A DNA stretch of 63,773 nt, filler included, from Octopus bimaculoides (GCF_001194135.2; 4 parts of 4 records of this genome joined end to end with filler, not necessarily neighbours in it); one strand, 5' to 3'; positions 1-12,739 are shown, numbered from the whole stretch's first letter. Notes: generated by a model from the sequence alone, not told the origin. A program made the numbers and translations.

Positions 1-46
<46 letters not shown>

Positions 47-213
47 CGAATGTATTTATAAGCACATAATATATACATTTAAATTCACCTATACATTTAC
101 ATGTATACACATACGCGTATGTGTAAATTTACGCGTATATTCCTTAACATATTTTCTCTCTTACCTACACACACATACACACATACATGTGCGTGTGTGT
201 GTGTGTGTGTGTG

Positions 214-379
214 TGACTAAAGGTGTTAGAAAATCTTACATTGCTAGAAATAAGAGCTAAAACGCTCTAGTGTTGGAGTCAAAGTACATAATTACATACA
301 ATTATGTGCTTTGACTTCAGCATTAGACCGTTTTAACTCTTATTTCTAGCAATGTAGGAGTTTATAACACCCTTAGTCA
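214..379. mobile_element. Palindromic (fold-back) MITE-like element, ~80-bp arms, 6-nt loop
   Basis: Left arm gactaaaggtgttagaaaatcttacattgctagaaataagag...cataatt is an imperfect reverse complement of right arm aattatgtgctttgac...ctagcaatgtaggagtttataacacccttagtc; loop acatac at 294-299. Confidence 0.75.
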
Positions 380-484
380 TATTTAATGACAAATACACTA
401 TTCCATTTTAGTAAAACATTACACGTCGCTGCCTATATTAATTATTATCAGATATAGTTACATATATCTATATAATAATTAACG

Positions 485-540
<56 letters not shown>

Positions 541-1136
541 CATTATTGTTTCTAATTTAGCCACACAACGCCACTAATTTATTAGGCTGTGAGTCTATCG
601 GTACGATCGGCCATAGTACGATCAATGGTAGTTTATTTCATTTAACCTGAAATACCAGAAAATAAAGAGAAATTTGACCATATTAGGATTTGAACGTGTA
701 AAGAGCCATAACAAAATTGAAAAANNNNNNNNNNNNNNNNNNNNNNNNNNNNNNNNNNNNNNNNNNNNNNNNNNNNNNNNNNNNNNNNNNNNNNNNNNNN
801 NNNNNNNNNNNNNNNNNNNNNNNNNNNNNNNNNNNNNNNNNNNNNNNNNNNNNNNNNNNNNNNNNNNNNNNNNNNNNNNNNNNNNNNNNNNNNNNNNNNN
901 NNNNNNNNNNNNNNNNNNNNNNNNNNNNNNNNNNNNNNNNNNNNNNNNNNNNNNNNNNNNNNNNNNNNNNNNNNNNNNNNNNNGTGTGTGTGTGTGTATG
1001 TATGTATATATATATATATATACACATATACATATATATATATGTGTATATATATACATTTATATATAGATATGTATATCATTAGACAGATCGATCGATA
1101 TATAGACAGTTAGATAGCTAGACAGACAGACAGATC

Positions 1137-1178
<42 letters not shown>

Positions 1179-1267
1179 CAACCACACAACCAGAATGACA
1201 GACAGAGGATATATATATATGCATGTGTGAATATATGCGTGAATTTATGTTCGTATATATGTGTGTG

Positions 1268-1309
<42 letters not shown>

Positions 1310-2310
1310 GGTGGATGTGTATATTTAGATACATGCATGCATACTTACATACATAACAAACGTACAAATATGCATACAGCCATATATGTGTGTATGCTTG
1401 TGTGTGTATATACATTCATAAATATATATGCGTGTGTGTGTATGTATCTGTGTGCGCGCACGCGCGTGTGTGCATGTGAAATATATAAAGAAATGCTCGT
1501 TCTAGCTAATGAGGATGAAAATAAAATATAAAGAAAAAAATGAAGACTAAAAATAGCTGAGTTTTTTTCTCATTTGTTTAACAAAATGAAAAACTCAAAG
1601 AAATTCCTCTGCACATGCCCACTTCGGAATTCGCGAATGACGCAATAAGAATTTAGTTGTAGGAAAGAAACAAAAGCTTTAGAGAGAGGAAGGGGGAGAG
1701 AAACTAGAAGGAGTGTCTGAAAGTCACATTGCCAGACACAAGTAAGAGTAGGAGTGAGAGGAGTACAGGGTTACAACCCACTTAGTATCTTTATTTGGCA
1801 ATTTGCTAATAGCAAATCACTTTGCTCTGTTCACTCTGTATAAGTAACTTTTGGTCTATGGCGATAGCAATGCATTGTTAGAATTATGGGTGGAGTGATT
1901 TCAGATGATGTTGATATACAACTTTAAATATTCGCCTCTCATTTCTTTCTTCTCTCCTATATTTTTTTTTTAGCATTCTACCATTTATATTCAGCCCACT
2001 TAGTATTCTCTTCAATCATATAATCACCTGTAAAATCTCGTCTCGTAACTAACCCATTGCCGGCTGTTTGATAGACATTTAAAAAATGACTGATGTCTAA
2101 GGTTACACTGACATGTAAATTATATTCTCACATATATGTGTGTTTGTGTGTGTGTGTGTGTCTATGTTTGTTTGTGTGTGTGTGTCTATGTTTGTTTGTG
2201 TGTGTGTGTGTGTGTGTGTATCAATGTATAGATAGACAGATATATACATATACATATAAATTATATGAGTGTATACACACATATATATATATATATATCG
2301 ACATGTAAGT

Positions 2311-3415
2311 GTATATTAAAATACTAGTTTTGAATTTTGGCACAAGGCCAGCAATTTCGAGTGTAATGGGTAAGTCGATTACATCGAATCCAGTGTTCAA
2401 CTGGTACTTATTTTTATGGGCCCCGAAAGTATAAATGGCTAAGTTAACTTTGGCTGAATTTGAACCCAGAACGTGAAGACGGACGAAATAAGCATTTTTG
2501 CTCGGGGTGCTAATGAATTTACCAGCTCACTGCCTTAAATTATATTAAAATATTCGTTTTGCATCCTAGCACCAGGCCAGTAATTTTGAGGGAAGGGGTA
2601 AGTCGATTACATCGACCACAGTATTCAACTGGTATTTATTTTATAGACTCAAAAATGATGAAAGCCAAAGTAGGCGGCAGTTGAAGGCAAAACGGAAAGT
2701 CGGTCGAAATGCCATTACGCATTTTTTCCGGGATGCTAACGATGCTGCCAGCTTAAAGTATTTTGAATATCGGTTTCAAATGTTGGCACAGGTCCAGCAG
2801 GTTCGTGGAGAGGGACTAAGACAATTACATCGACCCCAGTGCTCAAGACAACTTCGACCCGGGTAACATTTGAACTCAGAAAGTAAGGACTAGATAAAAA
2901 GCATAAAGTTTCTCGCGGGTCATATAGGCTCATATGACCAGTTTCCATGCCGTGCATATTCCCCACCAGGACGGGACGCCAGTCCGTCGCAGGATCACTC
3001 ATTTTTGTCAACCGAGTGGCCTGGAGAAACGTGAAATAAATCGCTTTGCTCAAGAGCACAAAGTATCATCCAGTCCAGGAATCGAAACCACAATCTTACG
3101 ATCATGAGTTCAACACCCGAACCACTAAGCCATGCGCTTCCACATGAAGAAAGTATATTAAACAAAGTATATTAAAATACTGATTTCAAATTTTGGCACA
3201 AGGCCATCAATTTCGTGGGAGGAGCCAAGTCGGTTTCAGCGATCCCAATGCTCAACTGATACTTATTTTATCGACCCCAAAACAATGAAAAACAAAACAG
3301 GCGGAATTAGAACGCAGAACGTAAAGAAAGCATATTAAAATATTGGTTTCAAATTTTAGCACAAATTCGAAGGAGGGGGTAAGTGTATTACATTGACCCC
3401 AGTACTGAGCTAGAA
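2311..3415 (-). mobile_element. Head-to-tail array of ~5 copies of tRNA-derived SINE 'family A', interrupted by a family-F SINE
   Basis: Repeated ggcacaaggccagcaatt...aagtcgattacatcgaccc...gaatttgaactcagaacgt... units at ~2311-2536, 2542-2752, 2753-2890, 3155-3325 and 3330-3415; same family as the full-length copy at 15963-16200. Confidence 0.85.
2925..3145 (-). mobile_element. tRNA-derived SINE 'family F' head with its own tail
   Basis: Reverse strand reads gtggaagcgcatggcttagtggttcgggtgttgaactcatgatcgtaagattgtggtttcgattcctggac (tRNA-like A/B boxes), then gtgctcttgagcaaagcg...tttcacgtttctccaggccactcgg. Confidence 0.75.
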
Positions 3416-3635
3416 TTTTCTGTGTGTGAGTGCGCGCGAGATGTGTGTGTGTGTGTGTGTGTGTGTAAGGGATTTCATTAGAGCGACAGTGTCGAAAGTT
3501 CCTTACAAAGCATCAGCAGCAAGCTCAGGAGACACCCAAACAGAGGAGCAATAGATTTGGTAATATGCGAACACCTCCGTCCCACCGTCGCAAGAGACAC
3601 CCGAGCATTGGATGCGTCGATTAAATGATAAGATG

Positions 3636-3688
<53 letters not shown>

Positions 3689-3802
3689 TATATATATATA
3701 TGCATATATATGTATGTATGTATATATACATATACACATACGTACATAAATAGATATATATATACATGCATGCATACATACATACATACATACATACATA
3801 CA

Positions 3803-3835
<33 letters not shown>

Positions 3836-3869
3836 GCTATGGTCATTAGAATTCTCACCTTACACAAAG

Positions 3870-5960
3870 CATATTGCCCTCAACACCTTCGCAGTGCCTG
3901 TCCTCACACCTACGTTTATCCTTCTGAACTAGTCACAAGAATTCATTGCGATAGATGTTCGAACTTGCAAGCTGCTCAGCGTTACAGGAAACTTCAACAT
4001 CAATGGAGACGTAGTCGGGCTATACTTCTCACGCAAGGATGGTGGCCGTGGTCTCAAATCTGTACTGATGTCATATGAAGCACATATTGTGACACTGAGA
4101 CATCTATAGCAGAGGAAAGAGACCATTAATTGATCTTGCCTATGTTTGTGACCATGAAATTAACAACATAATTAGGATAGCTAATGAACTTGAGGGGAAG
4201 TATGAAATAAGAAGTAATAGAGATTTCTCCCCAATGGGCATTGGTGAAATCTATTTATTAGAACAGAATTTTAAAAAATTAACCAGTTCACTGAGAAGAT
4301 TGTGCACAGGTACTTGGCACGTAAAACACAAACTATAGAAACTGATCTTGTCAAAAGCTTGGCATGGAGTGCCCACAAGTTTATGACATCCCACTTCGAA
4401 GGCTATATCTATGCAGTTCAAGAACAAGTACCTACCAAGAACAAGTACCTACCAAGAACAAGTACCTACCAAGAACAATTACCTACCAAGAACAAGTACC
4501 TACCAAGAACAAGTACCTACCAAGAACAAGTACCTACCAAGAACAAGTACTTACCAAGAACAAGTAACTACCAAGAACAAGTACCTACNNNNNNNNNNNN
4601 NNNNNNNNNNNNNNNNNNNNNNNNNNNNNNNNNNNNNNNNNNNNNNNNNNNNNNNNNNNNNNNNNNNNNNNNNNNNNNNNNNNNNNNNNNNNNNNNNNNN
4701 NNNNNNNNNNNNNNNNNNNNNNNNNNNNNNNNNNNNNNNNNNNNNNNNNNNNNNNNNNNNNNNNNNNNNNNNNNNNNNNNNNNNNNNNNNNNNNNNNNNN
4801 NNNNNNNNNNNNNNNNNNNNNNNNNNNNNNNNNNNNNNNNNNNNNNNNNNNNNNNNNNNNNNNNNNNNNNNNNNNNNNNNNNNNNNNNNNNNNNNNNNNN
4901 NNNNNNNNNNNNNNNNNNNNNNNNNNNNNNNNNNNNNNNNNNNNNNNNNNNNNNNNNNNNNNNNNNNNNNNNNNNNNNNNNNNNNNNNNNNNNNNNNNNN
5001 NNNNNNNNNNNNNNNNNNNNNNNNNNNNNNNNNNNNNNNNNNNNNNNNNNNNNNNNNNNNNNNNNNNNNNNNNNNNNNNNNNNNNNNNNNNNNNNNNNNN
5101 NNNNNNNNNNNNNNNNNNNNNNNNNNNNNNNNNNNNNNNNNNNNNNNNNNNNNNNNNNNNNNNNNNNNNNNNACCTACCAAGAACAAGTAACTACCAAGA
5201 ACAAGTACCTACCAAGAACAAGTACCTACCAAGAACAAGTAACTACCAAGAACAAGTACCTACCAAGAACAAGTACCTACCAAGAACAAGTAACTACCAA
5301 GAACAAGTACCTACCAAGAACAAGTAACTACCAAGAACAAGTACCTACCAAGAACAAGTAACTACCAAGAACAAGTACCTACCAAGAACAAGTACCTACC
5401 AAGAACAGTACCTACCAAGAACAAGTACCTGCCAAATACAGGTACCTACCCCACCAAGTACCTACAGCATAAAAGGCAGAAAACATTGACAGACAACAAA
5501 TGTAAGCTGCGCAAGACGAAGACTGAAGACATCAACCACCTTAGTGCCAACTGTGAGGGAATGTTTGCCACATATTATTTTCCCATGAAGCATGATGCGG
5601 TGCCCAGAACAGTCTGGAACAGGACAACAAAAACGAAAACACTTGTTGTTGTGTGGGACCACAAGAAAAAGATATGCTCTTGTGGAAATCACCTTCCCCC
5701 AGGTCACGAATGTGATTAGAATAATACAAGAGAAAGAGGACATCTATAGACCATTGATAATGAGTTTGCAAATCCAGCAGCCAAGATACACTTTCAGCTT
5801 CATACTTATTATTATTAGTGGAACAACGGGTTACATACTAACCTTCTAGAGCAAAGTAGGGCTGAACTGGAGATCTTGAGTACAAAGCGCAAGTCCTTAA
5901 TTCATATGCTACAATTCATATGGAGGACTATAAAAATCTTCAAGACCTTAAGACTTAAAG
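3870..5960 (+). pseudogene. Degenerate R4/Dong-like non-LTR retrotransposon ORF (RT C-terminus, CCHC knuckle, restriction-like endonuclease), with stops and frameshifts
   Basis: Manual translation: ALNTFAVPVLT...LYFSRKDGGRGLKS (RT C-terminal motif), FEGYIYAVQEQ, NKCKLRKTKTEDINHLSANC (zinc knuckle), YYFPMKHDAV, LVVVWDHKKKIC / VEITFPQVTNVIRIIQEKEDIYRPL (RLE region). Confidence 0.8.
4419..5450 (+). repeat. 17-bp minisatellite (CAAGAACAAGTACCTAC, variant CAAGAACAAGTAACTAC) inside the LINE ORF; spans N gap 4589-5172
   Basis: About 10 units visible left of the gap and about 16 right of it; array length inside the gap is unknown. Confidence 0.95.
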
Positions 5961-5999
5961 GATAGTAGTTAAAACAAGTTGCTAAGTATGTAAACCACA

Positions 6000-6225
6000 C
6001 TTATTCAGGGATCTTTTGAGCCTGAAGAAAATTCTAACTGGGCCCCTGCCACCTGCAAGGTCATGCGCTGTTTGTCTTGATATGAGATCACCCTATCGCA
6101 CACATATGGTTGTGATGCATGTGTACCCTTATCAGACTGGTAGTCATGATGGGTATACTGGGTTTCGTATATTTTATTCCAGTGTCACTTTGATGGCATG
6201 CGCTCCTCTCTCACTCAGTAATAAT
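6000..6225 (+). mobile_element. 3' part of repeat 'family E' ending ctctctcactc(aat)n
   Basis: Aligns by eye to 9335-9560 (ttattcagggatcttttgag...cttgatatgagatcacc...cccttatcagac...gatgggtatactggg...ctctctcactca). Confidence 0.7.
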
Positions 6226-6268
6226 AATTTTGCCCGGCGTGCTAACATTTCTGCCAGCTAGCTGCCTC

Positions 6269-6350
<82 letters not shown>

Positions 6351-6351
<1 letters not shown>

Positions 6352-7153
6352 ATGGAAGAAAATACTTGTAGACTAATAGATGTAAGTGTTCCCACTGATA
6401 AAAATATATCTGTGAAGGAATTTGACAAATTAAGTAAATATAAGGACCTGGAAATTNNNNNNNNNNNNNNNNNNNNNNNNNNNNNNNNNNNNNNNNNNNN
6501 NNNNNNNNNNNNNNNNNNNNNNNNNNNNNNNNNNNNNNNNNNNNNNNNNNNNNNNNNNNNNNNNNNNNNNNNNNNNNNNNNNNNNNNNNNNNNNNNNNNN
6601 NNNNNNNNNNNNNNNNNNNNNNNNNNNNNNNNNNNNNNNNNNNNNNNNNNNNNNNNNNNNNNNNNNNNNNNNNNNNNNNNNNNNNNNNNNNNNNNNNNNN
6701 NNNNNNNNNNNNNNNNNNNNNNNNNNNNNNNNNNNNNNNNNNNNNNNNNNNNNNNNNNNNNNNNNNNNNNNNNNNNNNNNNNNNNNNNNNNNNNNNNNNN
6801 NNNNNNNNNNNNNNNNNNNNNNNNNNNNNNNNNNNNNNNNNNNNNNNNNNNNNNNNNNNNNNNNNNNNNNNNTAAAAAAAAAAGGAATGTCAGAAATATC
6901 TAGATAAGATCCCAGGAGAACCATGTCTCAGAGAAATCCAAAAGATTGTGCTGAGAAATACTGCCCACATCCTTAGAAAAACCCTGTCAGTTTAGATGCC
7001 TGTGTTGTAGTATATGAAGATATTTCGCTACTGCCTCTGCGGCTTGCACTCCCCAAGCTTCAGTCATATTGTAACATCTCTTATTCTTCACTCGCCCCAG
7101 GATGCTGGGTGTGTCTCGGCGAGTGATTGTAACAAACATGCAGGTTAAAAGTA

Positions 7154-7154
<1 letters not shown>
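6351..7154 (+). mobile_element. 5'-truncated R4/Dong-like LINE (RLE C-terminus + 3'UTR) inserted in (AAT)n; interior is an N gap
   Basis: CRLIDVSVPTDKNISVKEFDKLSKYKDLEI...PGEPCLREIQKIVLRNTAHILRKTLSV*; flanked by (AAT)n at 6269-6350 and 7155-7204. Dong-type elements are known to target TAA repeats. Confidence 0.85.
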
Positions 7155-7204
<50 letters not shown>

Positions 7205-7206
<2 letters not shown>

Positions 7207-7811
7207 CTGGTTCTCATGACGTCTGATCTTAACTGATTGGAGGTGTTAACATATACATGCTTTACCTTAGTGTAAACCGGTGTTTCCCAACCTCTTTTCC
7301 GCCAGGAACCTACTATGACTTTCCAGAAAAATGTATGGTTGAAAAAAAAAAAGAAATTTATATTTAATATTTCATAATTATCAACTTCCCTTAAAAATCT
7401 CCACACAAAAGCATTAGAATAGTGCTATACTGTAACAAATAGTCTTCATATAGTATGCTTGGCTGGAGGGATTGGTTTGGCTAGGCTGAGTATAGATGTA
7501 GTATATTTGCTGTGAAAAAAAGATCTTCACAATTCCATATCCCACTGAAAAAAGAAAAAATTTCTATCCCGCAGCCCACCACAATTTCACCAGGCCCCAC
7601 CATTAGGCATATGTCCCACGTTGAGAATCACTGGTATTTATATGGGCCACAGCAAATATTCTGCTCAATGCCGTAGATTTGCTTGCCAGTTTTTTTGTTT
7701 TTTTTTACTGTAACCAGTTGAGCATGTCCTTAGAGGCTGACGATAAGTGCATCTCTGATCACAAGCAGAAGTAGTTGGGAAGCATCGTAGCCATATGCTG
7801 AGGAGAGTTTT
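7205..7811 (+). mobile_element. Family-E repeat split by a nested hAT-like MITE
   Basis: 7205-7277 and 7634-7811 are collinear with 9050-9260 once the insert at 7278-7633 is removed. Confidence 0.7.
7278..7633. mobile_element. Non-autonomous hAT/Charlie-like MITE
   Basis: Termini cggtgtttcccaacc ... cgttgagaatcactg resemble the CAGTGGTTCCCAACC-type TIR; degenerate 8-bp duplicated flanks gtgtaaac / gtatttat. Confidence 0.6.
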
Positions 7812-8314
7812 NNNNNNNNNNNNNNNNNNNNNNNNNNNNNNNNNNNNNNNNNNNNNNNNNNNNNNNNNNNNNNNNNNNNNNNNNNNNNNNNNNNNNNNNN
7901 NNNNNNNNNNNNNNNNNNNNNNNNNNNNNNNNNNNNNNNNNNNNNNNNNNNNNNNNNNNNNNNNNNNNNNNNNNNNNNNNNNNNNNNNNNNNNNNNNNNN
8001 NNNNNNNNNNNNNNNNNNNNNNNNNNNNNNNNNNNNNNNNNNNNNNNNNNNNNNNNNNNNNNNNNNNNNNNNNNNNNNNNNNNNNNNNNNNNNNNNNNNN
8101 NNNNNNNNNNNNNNNNNNNNNNNNNNNNNNNNNNNNNNNNNNNNNNNNNNNNNNNNNNNNNNNNNNNNNNNNNNNNNNNNNNNNNNNNNNNNNNNNNNNN
8201 NNNNNNNNNNNNNNNNNNNNNNNNNNNNNNNNNNNNNNNNNNNNNNNNNNNNNNNNNNNNNNNNNNNNNNNNNNNNNNNNNNNNNNNNNNNNNNNNNNNN
8301 NNNNNNNNNNNNNT

Positions 8315-8443
8315 TCATCGACCTCGAAAGGATGAAAGACAAAGTCAACCATGGTGGAATTTGAACTCAGAACATGAAGACGGACGAAATGCTGCAAAGC
8401 ATTTTGCCCGTTGTACTAACGATTCTGCCTGCTCGCTGCATTG

Positions 8444-8498
<55 letters not shown>

Positions 8499-8917
8499 TG
8501 ATGATGATGATGACGATGATAACAATAATAATCCTTTCTACTGGAGGTACAAGGCCTCAAATTTGATGGGAGGGGATTAGTCAATTACATCGACCCCAGT
8601 ACGTAACTGGTATTTAATTTATCGACCCCGAAAGGATGAAAGGCAAAGTCGATCTCAGTGGAATTTGAACTCAGAAGGTAGCGACGGGCGAAATACTGCT
8701 CAAATTTTTCCACAAGGGTACAGTTTTGGGGGAGAGGATACGTCGATTACCCCTACCCCAGTGTTTAACTGGCACTTATTTAATCGACCCCCGAAAGGAT
8801 GAAAGGCAAAGTCGACCTCGACGCAATTTGAACTCAGAACTCAGTAGCGACTGGTGAAATACCGCTAAGCATTTCGTCCAGCGTGCTAACGATTCTGCCA
8901 GCTCGCCGCCTTTAATG

Positions 8918-8966
<49 letters not shown>

Positions 8967-8983
8967 TAATAATAATAATAATG

Positions 8984-9029
<46 letters not shown>

Positions 9030-9972
9030 ATGCCCTAATGCAATACCAGGCACTGGCTCTCATGGCTTCTGGTCTTAATTGATTGGAAGTGTTATCATGT
9101 ATATGTTTTGTCTTGGTATAAACGATGGGTTACACCAAATATTCTGCTCAATACCACAGATTTACTTGTCAGTTGCTTAACGTTAACCTGTTGAACATGT
9201 CCCTTAGTGATTGACAATATGTACATCCCTGATCACGAGCAGAAGTAGCCATGTCTTGAGATGAATTTTTGGGGGTTTGAATAATTCACCTCTAGAAACA
9301 TGGGTGTTTTGTTCAACATCCTTAGACAACTCTTATTCAAGGATCTTTTGAGTGGGATTGGATACTTGACCAGAGGAAAATTGTAACTGAGCCCCATATG
9401 AGCTGTTCATCTTGATATGAGACCACCATGTCACGCACATATAGCTCCGATGCATGTGCCTGGTGTACTCTTATCAGACGGGTGGACATGATGGGTATAT
9501 TGGGCTTTGTATATTTGTACCCCAGTGTGACTTTCATAGCACGGGCTGCTCTCTCACTCAATAATGATAGAAATAATAGTTCCAAAGGCCAGCCAGTTCA
9601 GGGGAGGGGTTAAATCGATTGCATCGACCCCAGTGCTCAACTGGTACTTATTTTATCGACTTCGAGAGGATGCAAAGCGAAGTCGACCTCGGTGGAATTT
9701 GAACTCAGAACGTAACAGACAAAATGCCGCTAAGCATTTTGTCAGGCGTGTTAACGATTCTTTACTACTCTAGGCACAAAGTCCGAAATTTGGGGGGAGG
9801 GAGGCCAGTTGATTACATCGACACCAGTATGCAACTGGTACTTAATCTATCAACCTCGAAAGGATAAAAGGCAAAGTCGACCTCGGCAGAATTTGAACTT
9901 AGAACGTAAAGATAGACGAAATACTGCTAAGCATTTCGTCCGGTGTGCTAATGATTCTGCCAGCTCGCCGCC

Positions 9973-10025
<53 letters not shown>

Positions 10026-10122
10026 CCTTTCTATTATAGGCAAAAGGCCTCAAATTTGGGGAAGGGATTAAGACGATTATGTCGACCCCAGTACTCAACT
10101 GGTACTTAATTTATCGACCCCG
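8315..10122 (-). mobile_element. Cluster of ~6 co-oriented family-A SINEs separated by (AAT)n tracts, with a family-E copy at 9027-9560
   Basis: Copies at ~8315-8440, 8525-8700, 8705-8912, 9575-9760, 9765-9974 and 10025-10122, all with aaggcaaagtcgacctcgg / gaatttgaactcagaacgta motifs. Confidence 0.85.
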
Positions 10123-10146
10123 ATGTGATGATAATAATAATAATAA

Positions 10147-10147
<1 letters not shown>

Positions 10148-10177
<30 letters not shown>

Positions 10178-10273
10178 AAGAAGAAGAAGAAGAAGAAGAA
10201 GAAGAAGAAGAAGAAGAAGAAGAAGAAGAAGAAGAAGAAGAAGAAGAAGAAGAAGAAGAAGAAGAAGAAGAAG
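10148..10273. repeat. Pure (AAG)42 trinucleotide tract
   Basis: 126 bp uninterrupted, directly after a short (AAT)n. Confidence 0.95.
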
Positions 10274-12198
10274 ATATATCTGGCGATGAATATTTGTATG
10301 TGTATATGTATGTGTGTATGCGTTATTTATTCTGGGTGTTATTCTAACTTGAAATCCTGCCATGGTCAAATTTGACTTTCATACCACTGTAGTCTATGGT
10401 CCCAACTAATTTCTCCCTTAAAACTGGTGACTTCTACCCTAAATTTCAATTTAAAAAATTTTCTATCTCATGAAAACCGAAACGCGAAATTAGTCTCGAC
10501 GAGATGTTGCCTTTCTGTGTAGAAATAGGTACTGAAACGACGTTCTAAGTTAAAAAAAAAAACAAATGCATCCAAATATACATTTATTTTCATGTGTTGC
10601 GACGTGCCTGTGTATGTGCTTGCGTAGTGGAAATAAATAAATGTATTAAATGTATTTAGATAGATAGATAGATAGATAGACGGCGGAATTCCGATCGAAG
10701 CACACTATTTCACCAGTCCTAATTGTTTCAGTTTTTGGTATTTTCTGAAATGTTCTCGAATTTNNNNNNNNNNNNNNNNNNNNNNNNNNNNNNNNNNNNN
10801 NNNNNNNNNNNNNNNNNNNNNNNNNNNNNNNNNNNNNNNNNNNNNNNNNNNNNNNNNNNNNNNNNNNNNNNNNNNNNNNNNNNNNNNNNNNNNNNNNNNN
10901 NNNNNNNNNNNNNNNNNNNNNNNNNNNNNNNNNNNNNNNNNNNNNNNNNNNNNNNNNNNNNNNNNNNNNNNNNNNNNNNNNNNNNNNNNNNNNNNNNNNN
11001 NNNNNNNNNNNNNNNNNNNNNNNNNNNNNNNNNNNNNNNNNNNNNNNNNNNNNNNNNNNNNNNNNNNNNNNNNNNNNNNNNNNNNNNNNNNNNNNNNNNN
11101 NNNNNNNNNNNNNNNNNNNNNNNNNNNNNNNNNNNNNNNNNNNNNNNNNNNNNNNNNNNNNNNNNNNNNNNNNNNNNNNNNNNNNNNNNNNNNNNNNNNN
11201 NNNNNNNNNNNNNNNNNNNNNNNNNNNNNNNNNNNNNNNNNNNNNNNNNNNNNNNNNNNNNNNNNNNNNNNNNNNNNNNNNNNNNNNNNNNNNNNNNNNN
11301 NNNNNNNNNNNNNNNNNNNNNNNNNNNNNNNNNNNNNNNNNNNNNNNNNNNNNNNNNNNNGGCAAAAACAGCCATTTGTAGAACACAAATTCGAGCCTAC
11401 CCTTGTAACATTTTAAACATTTTATTCTTTGTCCCTAACCACCCCAGTATCTTTTTCTTTTAAGTTTGTCTTACCCCCATTGTGTTTATCCGAACGAAAC
11501 CTTAGAAATTTCTGAAAATACCAAAGATTTTTTTTTTTTAAATACCTGATTTATTGTCTTCCAAATGACCGCTTTCTTTCAGTTTCTCCCAAGTCACCCA
11601 TTATCCCCTTTTTAAAATTGGTTCTAAAATTACCCAATTTTTTTTATCCGAATGATGCCCTATTTGTTCCTAATTAATTACCGGCGCCTCCATTTTTAAG
11701 TTTATCCCAAATAGTTATATTAGTAATCAGAAAAATAGCTGATTTATGTGTTTTCTAAGTCCCATTCTCTTTATAGGAATGATGCTTGCTTTTTTTGTTT
11801 CTTCATGATTAATTATAATTCCTTTTTTTTTTCTTTTACTTTTTCCCAAATAATTATTTTTTCACTCTAAATACCCTGTTAATATATATTCCACGTGATC
11901 GCTTCCTTACTTTGACCCAAATTGCCGCTCAAAATTTTAGAATTTCGTACATAGGAATAAAAAATTTTAAATACGAAAGAAAAACTTTTCTTATCGACCT
12001 TCTCTCGTTAATCGTGAGAGACAGAGTTTATAGGAGGTGAATTCCGTAGATGTTCCTGAAAATACCCAAAAATTAAAGCCGTTACTACAAGCAGGTTAGT
12101 GACTTTCGATTGGAAGTTCACCAGTTATAAGTCTTCGTCTTGTTCTCTGTAAATTTGAACTATATATAAATATGTGTATACACACACACACACACACA

Positions 12199-12298
12199 NN
12201 NNNNNNNNNNNNNNNNNNNNNNNNNNNNNNNNNNNNNNNNNNTTAATTAATTAANNNNNNNNNNNNNNNNNNNNNNNNNNNNNNNNNNNNNNNNNNNN
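12199..12298. other. Artificial scaffold-join spacer N44-TTAATTAATTAA-N44
   Basis: Exactly 100 bp; the core has TAA in all six frames; identical to 37402-37501 and 58974-59073. Confidence 0.95.
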
Positions 12299-12361
12299 TA
12301 TATATATATGCGTATGTATGTGTATATGTATATATATATGTATGTATGTATATATGTATAT

Positions 12362-12428
<67 letters not shown>

Positions 12429-12739
12429 AATATATATAAATATATAGGATCATCCTAAAAGTCAGAGTATAAATATGTATATAAAACAGTGAAAGAGTAA
12501 AGAAAATATTTTCAGAGCAGAATTATATCACAATAAAAAATATAAAAAAAATATAAATAAAATGAAAATGTAATGTAAACGAAAATGTAAATGAAAGATG
12601 AGGAAGGAAAAACATTAATTTATGCACATTTATCAACAAAGTTACCTTGCATGGATCTGACTAATTATAATACCAGGTCTTATATAAACATAAAAAAATA
12701 CACATCAAGGTGTGCAATCACCTACATATGTTATGGATG

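Noticed and set aside
4419-5450. CRISPR-like regular repeat array
   Set aside because: Units are contiguous with no unique spacers, there are no cas genes, and the context is eukaryotic; it is a minisatellite.
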